Source: Tissierellales bacterium (GTDB lineage Bacteria > Bacillota > Clostridia > Tissierellales > Sedimentibacteraceae). Taken from it: DNA of 64,000 nt. Shown here piece after piece: positions 30,528 through 40,159 of this stretch. A program made the translations under genes and the position numbers. The stretch covers positions 247,034-311,033 of the forward strand of contig JAHDQO010000006.1 in NCBI GenBank assembly GCA_018433765.1, in the 5' to 3' direction. Numbering within the stretch: position 1 is the first letter of the stretch; each line of letters starts with the position of its first letter. Under the pieces are notes generated by a model that was given only the letters and a program-made list of their open reading frames with translations, ran no database searches and was not told the origin of the DNA.

Positions 30528-31697
30528 ATGAAAAAACATGAATTTGGAAAATTTGGCGGACAATATGTACCACAAAAAGTTATAGATGCATTAAAAGAAT
30601 TAGAATTAGCTTTTAAAGAAGCTGTTAATGACCCGGAATTTAGAAAAGAATATATATATTATCTTAAAGAATATGTTGGAAGACCAAGTCCTTTATATTT
30701 TGCAGAAAATATGACTAAAAATCTTGGTGGTGCTAAAATATATCTCAAACGAGAAGACCTAAATCATACAGGAGCTCATAAAATAAATAATGCAATTGGT
30801 CAAATACTATTAGCAAAAAAAATGGGTAAAAAGAAAATCATAGCTGAAACAGGAGCTGGTCAGCATGGTGTTGCTACAGCTACAGCTGCTGCAATGTTTG
30901 ATATGGAATGTGATGTATACATGGGAAAAGAAGATACCGAGAGACAAAAGCTAAATGTATTTAGAATGGAATTATTAGGAACAAAAGTACATCCTGTTAC
31001 AAGAGGAACTCAAACACTATCAGATGCAGTTGACGAAGCTATAGAAAAATGGATTGAAAATATTGATGATACTTTTTACTTACTTGGTTCAGTTGTAGGA
31101 CCGCACCCTTATCCAACTATGGTAAGAGAATTTCAAAAAATAATAGGTGAAGAAGCATTAAAACAAATTGAAGAAAAAGAAGGAAAATTACCTGACTACT
31201 GCATAGCATGCGTTGGAGGTGGAAGTAATGCCATGGGTCTTTTCCACGCATTTATTCCTCATGAGGATGTAAGATTAATTGGTGTAGAAGCTGCTGGAAA
31301 AGGAATAGATACTAATTTACACGCTGCTACTTTAACTTTAGGCAGTGAAGGTGTTTTGCACGGTATGAATACTATTTATATTAAAAATGATGATGGTACT
31401 CCTAAACCTGTTTATTCTATATCTGCCGGTCTTGATTATCCGGGTGTTGGGCCAGAACATGCACACTTAAAAGAAACTGGACGTGCTGATTATTACGCTG
31501 TCACTGATGATGAAGCTGTTAGTGCTTTTAAATATCTAACTAAAGCAGAAGGAATTATACCTGCAATTGAAAGCTCTCATGCTGTAGCATATGCTTTAAA
31601 ATTAGTTCCTAAATTATCTAAGGATAATATAGTTATTATAAATGTTTCTGGTCGTGGAGATAAAGATGTAGAAACAATTCAGAAATTAAATATGTAA
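30528..31697 (+). CDS. trpB: Tryptophan synthase beta chain (stand-alone; no other trp genes adjacent)
   Basis: PLP fold type II with a TrpB1-like sequence ([17 protein letters not shown]). Confidence 0.9.
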   Translation: MKKHEFGKFGGQYVPQKVIDALKELELAFKEAVNDPEFRKEYIYYLKEYVGRPSPLYFAENMTKNLGGAKIYLKREDLNHTGAHKINNAIGQILLAKKMGKKKIIAETGAGQHGVATATAAAMFDMECDVYMGKEDTERQKLNVFRMELLGTKVHPVTRGTQTLSDAVDEAIEKWIENIDDTFYLLGSVVGPHPYPTMVREFQKIIGEEALKQIEEKEGKLPDYCIACVGGGSNAMGLFHAFIPHEDVRLIGVEAAGKGIDTNLHAATLTLGSEGVLHGMNTIYIKNDDGTPKPVYSISAGLDYPGVGPEHAHLKETGRADYYAVTDDEAVSAFKYLTKAEGIIPAIESSHAVAYALKLVPKLSKDNIVIINVSGRGDKDVETIQKLNM

Positions 31698-31723
31698 GAT
31701 TAAAATTCAAAATTTATAATTAA

Positions 31724-31756
31724 GGAAGCTTTACAATACAAAGCTTCCTTAATTTA
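31724..31756. terminator. Bidirectional terminator
   Basis: aaggaagcttt-acaatac-aaagcttcctt flanked by A/T runs. Confidence 0.6.
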
Positions 31757-31777
31757 TTAAATCATTAATTGTACAAT

Positions 31778-32389
31778 TTATTTATGAAGTATAGGTGATA
31801 GTTTTTTATATAATAATACGGTAATAGTTGATACTACAATTCCTTTAAATAAATTAAAAGGTACTACTGCAAATAATATAAGTGTTTTTAAGTCTACAAC
31901 AGCTTTATTTAAAACATTACCTGCATCAATAAATACTTGTAATGGAGCACCGTAAACCTTTGCATATAATGGAATTAAAACATAGTAATTAGCTATTGCT
32001 CCTACTATTGCCATTAGTATAGTACCTACTATTAAACCTATTACAGCACTTTTAAACGTCTTATTCTTATGATATATAACTGCTGCTGGAAATACAAAAG
32101 AACATCCTATAATAAAGTTTGCTGCTTCACCTACTCCCCCTGTTATAGTTCCGTTTAATGCTAGATTTAATAATATTTTTACAAATTCTATAGCTATACT
32201 AGCCACAGGACCTATTGCAAAACCTCCTAATAGTACAGCAACTTCACTAAAGTCCAATTCATAAAAATGAGGTGCAAACCACAGCGGGAACTCTAGCAAC
32301 ATTAAAACTCCTGCTGCACCTGCTAAAACTCCAATTTTTGTTAATTGTTTTGTTGTTCCTCTACTTAATTTGTTTGTTTTTTGTGACAA
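31778..32389 (-). CDS. ribU: ECF transporter S component, probably the riboflavin transporter RibU
   Basis: About 200-aa, 5-6 transmembrane ECF-S-like protein lying immediately downstream of an FMN riboswitch. Confidence 0.65.
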   Translation of the reverse strand: MSQKTNKLSRGTTKQLTKIGVLAGAAGVLMLLEFPLWFAPHFYELDFSEVAVLLGGFAIGPVASIAIEFVKILLNLALNGTITGGVGEAANFIIGCSFVFPAAVIYHKNKTFKSAVIGLIVGTILMAIVGAIANYYVLIPLYAKVYGAPLQVFIDAGNVLNKAVVDLKTLILFAVVPFNLFKGIVVSTITVLLYKKLSPILHK

Positions 32390-32508
32390 CTTGAAACCTC
32401 CCTTTAATGTGACAACACAAATTAATTAATTCAGTTGATTTTTTATAAAATAAAAAACCCCTGAATTCTCCAGAGGCTGTATTACGAATGGAATAATATA
32501 TTTTATTA

Positions 32509-32620
32509 TCATCCTCTCCCATCCAGACTTTACTGTCGGTACCGGAATTTCACCGGTTCAGCCATTAAGGCTCGCGGACTTTACCGCCGGTAGGGAATTT
32601 CACCCTGCCCTGAAGATATT
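32509..32620 (-). promoter_or_regulatory. FMN riboswitch (RFN element) with terminator hairpin at about 32452-32480
   Basis: The minus strand reads cttcagggcagggtgaaattccctaccggcggtaaagtccgcgagcc...ggtgaaattccggtaccgacagtaaagtctggatgggagagg, which matches the RFN consensus. Confidence 0.85.
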
Positions 32621-32683
32621 TTATAACATTATAACATCTCTATTTAGTTTGTCAAGGTTAAAAATTTAACAAAACTATAAAGA

Positions 32684-33580
32684 TTATACTACACATTCTA
32701 CTGCTTTCTTCTTTATTAGTACATTTTCTGCTATTTCTCTTATTTGCCTAAAAATTTCTATATTCTCTTTTAAGCTAAGGCCATCAACAGTCATTACTCT
32801 CTGTTTCGTACACCCATCAACTGCTCCTGCCTCCACTATTTTTTGAAGAACTTCTGCTTCAGTTACCGAGTCATACATTACCATTTTATTATTCATTATT
32901 GATAATATAGCTCCTAACGCATGTCCACCCCAATTAGATACGCCAGCTATAATTAAATTGTCAGTATCTACCTCTGCACAAATTTGTTCTCCTTTAAATA
33001 CATTTTCTTTAACGTAAGCAGATATTTTTCCCATTCCTACTTCATTTCCTCCATCTCCGATAGCTGATGTTTTTATACCTGCTTCTTTAGCTCTCTTAAA
33101 AAGCATATCAGTATTAGGACAAAAATCAGTTATGTCTTCTCCTCTCATAGAATAACTTTTTCCGTCTTTACTTCGCCCAGGTCTCTCTACTGCAATTATA
33201 TGGCACGGCTTATATTTTCTAATTATAGCATTGCTTAATTCCAGTGAATTTTCATGTGTTATAATATGAACTTCTGATTGTAACTTTATTGCTTCAATAC
33301 TTGTTTTTAAAAGTTTTTCTGTATATGAATCAGAAACTATAATTACTTTCTTACCAAGATTTTCAAGAACATATGCAAGCGATAATGTACCTATTGGACC
33401 ATCCGTCTCCCCTATCTTACAATCCTTAACACAGAATCCTGTAACTATTACGACTGTATCACTTAGATTTAATTCTTCAGCTGTATTTAAAAGATCACAA
33501 TCAAGTTTTATTTTATCCATTCCTCTTGTATCTAAATTCTTAGAAATAATCTTTTTTATTTCTTTGATGTAATTTTCCAT
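32684..33580 (-). CDS. DUF4392-family protein (partner of DUF1445, D-glutamate cyclase-like)
   Basis: Conserved hypothetical protein encoded together with LamB/YcsF and DUF1445 genes. Confidence 0.5.
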   Translation of the reverse strand: MENYIKEIKKIISKNLDTRGMDKIKLDCDLLNTAEELNLSDTVVIVTGFCVKDCKIGETDGPIGTLSLAYVLENLGKKVIIVSDSYTEKLLKTSIEAIKLQSEVHIITHENSLELSNAIIRKYKPCHIIAVERPGRSKDGKSYSMRGEDITDFCPNTDMLFKRAKEAGIKTSAIGDGGNEVGMGKISAYVKENVFKGEQICAEVDTDNLIIAGVSNWGGHALGAILSIMNNKMVMYDSVTEAEVLQKIVEAGAVDGCTKQRVMTVDGLSLKENIEIFRQIREIAENVLIKKKAVECVV

Positions 33581-33619
33581 ATAAACCTATTCCTTTCGAC
33601 TTAATAATCCTTTATAATA

Positions 33620-34330
33620 TTAAAAGAACTTTGAGTAAATAGATTTAGCTAACTGTAATGCTTCCTCATTATCGCCATGAAGACAAACAGTATCTGCCTT
33701 TATGTTAATCTCATTGCCATCTATTGATATTACTTTATTTTCTTTTATCATCTTAGTTACTCTGTCAGTACAATGATTTACATCATGCAGTACTGCACCT
33801 TTTAGAGTTCTCGATACCAATGTACCATCATTATTATAAGCTCTATCTGCAAAAACCTCATTTAAAACTGCTAAACCAGTATCTCTAGCTGCTTCTACCA
33901 TTAATGAATTTGATAATCCAACAAAGATGAGTTCAGGGTCCACATCATATACTGCTTCAGCCAAAATTTTAGAAAATTTATAATCTTTTGCTGCCATATT
34001 GTATAAAGCACCATGCGGCTTAACATGGTTTAACTTTCCACCTAATGCTTTAACAAATCCATATAAAGCACCAATTTGATAAATCATAAAACTTCTTGCT
34101 TCTTTATCTGATATTTTCATTATTTTTCTTCCAAAATTTTCCAAGTCAGGAAGTCCGGGATGTACACCTATTTTTACCCCTTTATCTAATGCTATCTTTA
34201 CTGTTCTTTCCATAGTTACTGAATCTCCAGCATGGAAACCACATGCAATATTAGCTGAAGTTATGTAATTCAATATTTCTTCATCTCTACCACAGTTTTC
34301 ACCTAAATCACAATTCAAGTCTACTTTCAT
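33620..34330 (-). CDS. pxpA: LamB/YcsF family protein (5-oxoprolinase subunit A-like)
   Basis: N-terminal motif LNCDLGE...ANIACGFHAGD typical of LamB/YcsF. Confidence 0.8.
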   Translation of the reverse strand: MKVDLNCDLGENCGRDEEILNYITSANIACGFHAGDSVTMERTVKIALDKGVKIGVHPGLPDLENFGRKIMKISDKEARSFMIYQIGALYGFVKALGGKLNHVKPHGALYNMAAKDYKFSKILAEAVYDVDPELIFVGLSNSLMVEAARDTGLAVLNEVFADRAYNNDGTLVSRTLKGAVLHDVNHCTDRVTKMIKENKVISIDGNEINIKADTVCLHGDNEEALQLAKSIYSKFF

Positions 34331-34349
34331 TTTTCTTACCTCCTTATTT

Positions 34350-34492
34350 AAAACGAGTAACTAGTAATGAGTAACTTAGTAACAATGAAGATTTACTCAT
34401 ACTTCGTAAATCTATTTAATTATTTATTTATTGTTTTACGTAAGTAAAACTTCAATTAACTATCAATTTTCAATTATCAACTATCAATTATT
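34350..34492. repeat. Dispersed element in which (GAGTAAC)n, the hairpin gttttacgtaagtaaaac and (ATCAACT)n follow one another
   Basis: Same modular family as elsewhere; lies between the pxpA and DUF1445 genes. Confidence 0.7.
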
Positions 34493-35276
34493 TTAGTAAG
34501 TCTTCATTTTTAATATCAGCAATAAACATATGTCCGGGAGCATGAGTTATCATTATTTCTGGTTTTGCCTGTTCTGCAGCTGCTTGAGGTGTTACTCCAC
34601 ATGCCCAAAACACAGGTACTTCACCTTCTTTAATTTCTACTGCATCTCCATAGTGAGGATTAAATATATCATTAATTCCTATTTCCTTTGGATTTCCTAT
34701 ATGAATAGGAGCTCCATGAACCATAGGATATCGTCCAGTAATTTCAACAGCATGTTCTACTTGATGTTTTGGTATAGGTCTCATACTAACTACCATTGGT
34801 CCTTTAAAGGCTCCAGATTCCTTACACATAATATTAGTCTTATACATAGGAACATTCTTTCCCATAGTTATGTGTCTTATTTCTATACCTGCTTTTATTA
34901 ATGCTGATTCAAATGTAAAACTGCATCCAAGTAAAAAACCTATGAAATTATCATTCCAGTATTTTTCAATATTCAAGCACTCTTCAATTAGCTGTCCTTT
35001 CTTATATATTCTATACTTAGGTATGTCTGAAGCTATATTTGCATTATTTGCAATTGTTTTTGTATATTTACTGCCTTTTTCTGTTATTTCTAATACAGGA
35101 CACGGCTTAGGATTATTTATAGTAAAAGATTTAAATTCATCAGAATATTTCTTAGGTAATATAACAAGATTTGCTTGAGCATACCCACCGCACATTCCTG
35201 CTGTTGGCTTAGTTATTATTTCTCTTCTTATTAGCTGTCTTACCTCTTTTGGCATCATATTATAGTACTTATTCAT
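34488..35276 (-). CDS. DUF1445 (UPF0317) putative hydro-lyase
   Basis: UPF0317 family similarity. Start is taken at MNKYYN, which has RBS AAAGGAGGA. Confidence 0.55.
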   Translation of the reverse strand: MNKYYNMMPKEVRQLIRREIITKPTAGMCGGYAQANLVILPKKYSDEFKSFTINNPKPCPVLEITEKGSKYTKTIANNANIASDIPKYRIYKKGQLIEECLNIEKYWNDNFIGFLLGCSFTFESALIKAGIEIRHITMGKNVPMYKTNIMCKESGAFKGPMVVSMRPIPKHQVEHAVEITGRYPMVHGAPIHIGNPKEIGINDIFNPHYGDAVEIKEGEVPVFWACGVTPQAAAEQAKPEIMITHAPGHMFIADIKNEDLLK

Positions 35277-35437
35277 ATAAATCCTCCTTTTCATAAAAAA
35301 ACCCGCACTACCTCTCATAAAGTAATACGGGTCTTATTTACAGTTATAAACGAAGGCCTACTTCGAATACTGAGTAAACAAAACTTATTCTTTTTTATTA
35401 TTATATGCTCTTTTTTTATTTTCGTCAATAAAACATA

Positions 35438-36949
35438 TTAATTTTTACCAATTTTATTATCTTTCAATATTTCTTCTACAGCTAATTTACTTGAAAGCAA
35501 TACTATAGAAACACCAGTACCCGGATGAACTGAGCTTCCAACAAAAAATAAATTTTCTACAGTAGGTGACTTTACTTGAGGTCTAAAATAATTAGTTTGA
35601 GTTAAAGTATGGCTTAATCCATAAGCAGTACCACCATATGAATTAAATAATTTTTCAAAATCTTTTGGTGTAAGATATTTTTCTAATATAATATTCTTTT
35701 CTATATCTTCTAAACCTTTTATTTTTTTTATGGTTTGAATAATCTTATTTCTAAATAAATTTATAGTATTTACGTCCCATTTTATATTATTAAACAGAAG
35801 ATTAGGTACACGAACAACAGCATTTAAACACTCTTTACTTCTATCAGCCATACTTTTATCTATTCTACTCGGGCAGTAGATATATAAAGACGGCTTTTCA
35901 GGTAAGAATCCTTTAAATATCGCTTCAATATTTTTCTTAAACTCATCTCCAAAGTAAAAGTTATGAACTAAAAGTTGATCATATTTTTTCTTTAGACCTA
36001 GATATAATATAAAATTTGAACATGTGTATTTCATGCTAGATATTTTTTCATCAGTATATATTCCTTTTGGTTTCTCATCTTTTATTAATTCTTTTACTGC
36101 ATATGGAAAATCTGCATTGCATATAATTATATCTCCTAATTTTGTTTCAGATGAAGTTCTTATACCCATAGCTTTTTCTTGAGATATTAAAATTTCTTCT
36201 ACATTTACATTTGTATTTATACTTCCACCTAATTCAATAATAATTTTTTCAAGAGCTTCAATATAGGAATACATACCACCTTTTAAATGCCACAATCCAT
36301 ATATATGTGAAACAGCAGGTATAAGAGTATATATATTAGGACTGTCATAAGGAGAACTGCCTACATACATTGATTGGAAGCATAAATACTGCCTTAATTT
36401 TTCACTCTTAACATATCTTGAAATAAAATCATATGTATTAGATAAAGTTTTGATTTTTAAAGCTTGCGATACAGTAACAGGATTTATAAATTCAGTAACA
36501 TTATCAAATGTTTTTTGTAAAAAAAACTCATCTGCTATCAAATATTTCTCGTAAACATCAGATAACAATTTAAGATATCCTATAGAATCTTCCTTTGATA
36601 TTGATTCAAGTGTTTTTGTTAATTTAACTAAATCACTTGAAAAATCATATTGACTACCGTCTGCATAATAAGCTCTATATATAGGGTCTAGTTTCTCGAG
36701 CTTTAAATAATTCTTATAATCTTTGCCTACATATTTAAAGACATCTTTATAAATATCGGGTGTCATAAAGATAGACGCAGTTAAATCAAACCTAAAACCA
36801 TTTTCTTCAATGAAATTAACTTTACCACCCACACTTTTTTCTTTATCATATATTTCAACTTTATATCCTTTACCTAACAATCTTACAGCTGCTGCTAGTC
36901 CTCCTACTCCTGCTCCAATAATTAAAACTTTTTTATCCAACCAAACCAC
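35438..36949 (-). CDS. Phytoene desaturase (CrtI)-family FAD-dependent oxidoreductase
   Basis: N-terminal Rossmann motif IIGAGVGGLAAAVRL and a length of about 500 aa. Confidence 0.7.
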   Translation of the reverse strand: MVWLDKKVLIIGAGVGGLAAAVRLLGKGYKVEIYDKEKSVGGKVNFIEENGFRFDLTASIFMTPDIYKDVFKYVGKDYKNYLKLEKLDPIYRAYYADGSQYDFSSDLVKLTKTLESISKEDSIGYLKLLSDVYEKYLIADEFFLQKTFDNVTEFINPVTVSQALKIKTLSNTYDFISRYVKSEKLRQYLCFQSMYVGSSPYDSPNIYTLIPAVSHIYGLWHLKGGMYSYIEALEKIIIELGGSINTNVNVEEILISQEKAMGIRTSSETKLGDIIICNADFPYAVKELIKDEKPKGIYTDEKISSMKYTCSNFILYLGLKKKYDQLLVHNFYFGDEFKKNIEAIFKGFLPEKPSLYIYCPSRIDKSMADRSKECLNAVVRVPNLLFNNIKWDVNTINLFRNKIIQTIKKIKGLEDIEKNIILEKYLTPKDFEKLFNSYGGTAYGLSHTLTQTNYFRPQVKSPTVENLFFVGSSVHPGTGVSIVLLSSKLAVEEILKDNKIGKN

Positions 36950-36990
36950 TACTTCCTTAAATTTTTTTAAAAATTAATTTATAACAACTG

Positions 36991-37229
36991 CTTTAATTTA
37001 GTAAAGCTACCAGGTTACTCATTCCTCATCTATCGTTTTTTTAGTTCCCGCTTTGCTCTCTCAGAACTACAATAATTTTGTCATCCTGAGCGAACATCGT
37101 GAGTCGAAGGATCTTAATTTAAAATATCAAAAATTATTTTGAAATAAAATGCTTTACATCAGTAAAGCTACCATGTTACTCGTTACTAGTTACTCATCTC
37201 TCGTTCACTAATTCCTCATCTCTCGTTCC
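36991..37229. repeat. Two direct copies of hairpin (ctttaNNNNagtaaag) plus (TTACTCN)n modules flanking a ~110-bp GC-richer segment
   Basis: Copies at 36991-37043 and 37152-37229. The inner segment contains gtcatcctgagcgaacatcgtgagtcgaaggatc. Confidence 0.7.
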
Positions 37230-37369
37230 ATCAAGTACTACTAGTTTTTCGTTTTAAACTAACTATATACAAATTATTAAATAAATTTAGTAAATTTTAT
37301 TACATAATTTAATTAAATTAAGAAAAAATAATGTTGTATAAATATAACTAACATAAGGAGGTATATCAT

Positions 37370-37567
37370 ATGAATATGAACACTAGAGATACAATTATGA
37401 AAAAACTTCTTGATGCTCAAGAAAATGTTCGTGATTATGAAAAATTTTCAAAAAAAGTAGAAGATGAAGAAGTTAGAAGTGCATTCAAACAATTCGCTGA
37501 AGAATCAGGTATGCAAGCTAGTAAATTACAAGAACTAATAGACAAATATGATAATAGTCATAGATAA
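37370..37567 (+). CDS. Small helical protein (65 aa) of a sporeformer-type family
   Basis: RBS AAGGAGGT + ATG, followed by the terminator at 37583-37612. Confidence 0.4.
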   Translation: MNMNTRDTIMKKLLDAQENVRDYEKFSKKVEDEEVRSAFKQFAEESGMQASKLQELIDKYDNSHR

Positions 37568-37582
37568 ATATTAAAATACATA

Positions 37583-37612
37583 AGAGAATCCTAAAAAAAG
37601 GATTCTCTTTTT
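37583..37612. terminator. Bidirectional terminator
   Basis: agagaatcc-taaaaaaa-ggattctct followed by TTTTT. Confidence 0.65.
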
Positions 37613-37616
37613 ATAA

Positions 37617-38078
37617 TCATATCTCATTTATTAAATTAGCCATTTCAATAAATGATAGTGCAGCATCATATCCTTTATTTCCAGATTTTGTACCTGCTCT
37701 TTCAATAGCTTGCTCTAATGTATCTGATGTAATAACTCCAAAAATAACTGGTTTTAACTTTTCCATTGCTATTTGAGCAACTCCTTTTGAAACTTCACTG
37801 CAAACATAATCAAAATGTGGTGTTGATCCTCTAATAACTGCACCTAAACAAATTACTCCATCATATTTAACATTTGAAGCTAATTTCTTTGAAATTACAG
37901 GTATTTCAAATGCACCGGGTACCCAAACCACATCTATATTTTCATCTTCTACACCATGTCTTAATAGTCCATCTACTGCACCTGATAAAAGCTTTGAAGT
38001 AATAAATTCGTTAAATCTTGCAACAACAATAGCTACTTTTTGATTTTTACCTATTAGATTTCCTTGCTTAATATTCAT
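37617..38078 (-). CDS. ribH: 6,7-dimethyl-8-ribityllumazine synthase
   Basis: RibH family similarity along the full length. Confidence 0.9.
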   Translation of the reverse strand: MNIKQGNLIGKNQKVAIVVARFNEFITSKLLSGAVDGLLRHGVEDENIDVVWVPGAFEIPVISKKLASNVKYDGVICLGAVIRGSTPHFDYVCSEVSKGVAQIAMEKLKPVIFGVITSDTLEQAIERAGTKSGNKGYDAALSFIEMANLINEI

Positions 38079-38185
38079 TATAAAATTCTCCTCATTATAT
38101 ATTTGATATTTAACAGTTGATTAACCACGGAAGAACACGGAAAGACTCTGAAAAGTGCTCCGCATCTACTAAAACTATCATTATC

Positions 38186-38233
38186 GTTTTACGTAGTAAA
38201 ACTTACATTAATTATCAATTATCAACTATCAAC
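38186..38233. repeat. Hairpin gttttacgtagtaaaac plus an (ATCAACT)n tract inside the ribH-ribBA spacer
   Basis: Repeat family member within the rib operon. Confidence 0.7.
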
Positions 38234-39425
38234 TGCTTTGTATTGCCATCATATGACTCATCTTATTGATTTTTGTTTCTATATAGTTCCTATTATCTTT
38301 ATTAATTTTGGGCTCAATTGGAATTCGCTCAACAATTTCAATACCGTATTCAGTTAATCCATCAATTTTCAAAGGGTTATTTGTCAGTAATGTTATTTTA
38401 TTAACTCCTAAGTCTTTTAGTATTTGGGCTGCAGCTGAATATTCTCTATAATCCTTGTCAAAACCAAGTTCAAGATTTGCTTCAACTGTGTCCCTTCCTT
38501 TGTCCTGAAGATTGTAAGCATTGATTTTATTAAAAATCCCAATTCCTCTGCCCTCTTGTCTTAGATAAATAATTATTCCGCTACCATTATTATTAATCAT
38601 TTTCATTGATTCTCTTAATTGACTTCCACAATCACATTTTCTAGAACCAAAAACATCACCTGTAAGGCACTCAGAATGAATTCTGGTAAGTGCATTATCT
38701 TTCAATGTTCCCTTAATAAGAACAAGATGTTCTAGACCCGTTATTTCATCTTTATATGAAACTACTTTAAAATTACCAAAATCAGTAGGCAAGTTTGCGT
38801 AATTAGATTTAATTAAATAACTTATATTTCTTTTTTTATATTTTATTAATGCTTCAACAGTAATTATTTTTAAATTAAATTTTTCAGCTATTTTAAATAA
38901 ATCATCTTTTCTTGCCATTTTACCATTATCTTTAACTACTTCACATATTACACCTGAAGGATGAAGTCCAGCAAGTTTAGACATATCTACAGCTGCTTCT
39001 GTATGACCTTGTCTTTCTAAAACTCCATATTTTCTTGATTTTAAAGGAAACACATGTCCAGGTCTTCTAAAGCTATCTGGAGTTACATCTTCATTTATAA
39101 CTTTTTGTATTGTTAAGGCTCTTTCATATGCAGAAATACCTGTTCGCGTATTATAATAATCTATAGAAACAGTAAATGCTGTATTATGATTGTCCGTATT
39201 AGTAGTTACCATATCAGAAAGTTGTAGTTTTTTTGCCAACTTTTCTTCTATAGGCATACATAAAATACCTCTTGCCTCCTTTATCATAAAATTAATTTTT
39301 TCAGGTGTTGCATATTGAGCAGGTACAAAAAAATCTCCTTCATTTTCTCTTTTTTCATCATCAACTATAATTATGATTTTTCCTTTCTTTACATCTTTCA
39401 AAGCTTCTTCAATAGTACTGAACAT
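38229..39425 (-). CDS. ribBA: Bifunctional 3,4-dihydroxy-2-butanone-4-phosphate synthase / GTP cyclohydrolase II
   Basis: RibB N-terminal domain and RibA C-terminal domain with its zinc-binding Cys residues (CxC...C). Confidence 0.9.
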   Translation of the reverse strand: MFSTIEEALKDVKKGKIIIIVDDEKRENEGDFFVPAQYATPEKINFMIKEARGILCMPIEEKLAKKLQLSDMVTTNTDNHNTAFTVSIDYYNTRTGISAYERALTIQKVINEDVTPDSFRRPGHVFPLKSRKYGVLERQGHTEAAVDMSKLAGLHPSGVICEVVKDNGKMARKDDLFKIAEKFNLKIITVEALIKYKKRNISYLIKSNYANLPTDFGNFKVVSYKDEITGLEHLVLIKGTLKDNALTRIHSECLTGDVFGSRKCDCGSQLRESMKMINNNGSGIIIYLRQEGRGIGIFNKINAYNLQDKGRDTVEANLELGFDKDYREYSAAAQILKDLGVNKITLLTNNPLKIDGLTEYGIEIVERIPIEPKINKDNRNYIETKINKMSHMMAIQSS

Positions 39426-39457
39426 AAATTTTACCTCCTTTAATCTATTTATCTTAT

Positions 39458-40159
39458 TTATATAAAGTTATGCTTTGACAAAAAGTCTATATTAATATTA
39501 CTTTCTTTATTAACTTCCTTGCTTTGATCTAAAAATCTTGAAATATATTTTCCTACAATATCAAACTCTAAATTTATTTTTTCACCTTCCTTAAACATTC
39601 TAATATTAGTATTGTTTTGACTATGAGGAATTACTGAAACTTCAAAAAAACCTTTTCTTAAATTACTTATTGTTAAGCTAATACCATTTAATGCTATACT
39701 TCCTTTGTGTATCAGATATTTTGAAAAACATTTATTATAAGAAATTTCTATTTTTTTTGAATATCCATCATTACCTATATTTTTTATTGTACCAATTGTA
39801 TCTATGTGTCCAGTTACTAAATGTCCACCTAATGGTTTATTTAAAGTTAAAGCTCTTTCTAAATTAACTAATGCTCCAATTTTTATGTCTTTTAAAATTG
39901 TTGTAAACAAAGTTTCATTCATAACATTTACCGAAAAAGTATCTTTAACAATTTTTGTTACTGTTAAACAAACACCATCAACAGCAATACTGTCGCCAAT
40001 TTTGGTTTTTTCTAAAACTTTATTACCTCTTATTTCAAAATCATATCCTCGGGTTAATCTATTAACTGCTTTAATTTGTCCAACTTCTTCAATAATTCCT
40101 GTAAAAATAAAAATCACCTCCACGCTTTTATTAGTATATCTTTTCCAACTGGAACACAC
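39458..40159 (-). CDS. ribE: Riboflavin synthase alpha subunit (start uncertain; probably near 40095 with a non-ATG initiator)
   Basis: Lumazine-binding repeats with FTGIIEEVG near the N-terminus. The track ORF start overlaps the ribD 3' end. Confidence 0.8.
   Translation of the reverse strand: MCSSWKRYTNKSVEVIFIFTGIIEEVGQIKAVNRLTRGYDFEIRGNKVLEKTKIGDSIAVDGVCLTVTKIVKDTFSVNVMNETLFTTILKDIKIGALVNLERALTLNKPLGGHLVTGHIDTIGTIKNIGNDGYSKKIEISYNKCFSKYLIHKGSIALNGISLTISNLRKGFFEVSVIPHSQNNTNIRMFKEGEKINLEFDIVGKYISRFLDQSKEVNKESNINIDFLSKHNFI

Noticed and set aside
34530-35178. Plus-strand ORFs of 123 and 102 aa
   Set aside because: Both are antisense to the DUF1445 gene and are low-complexity with no RBS.
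37078-37112. GC-rich segment gtcatcctgagcgaacatcgtgagtcgaaggatc as a possible tRNA or ncRNA fragment
   Set aside because: It is too short and lacks a cloverleaf or any recognisable ncRNA structure. It is better explained as the internal segment of a composite repeat element.
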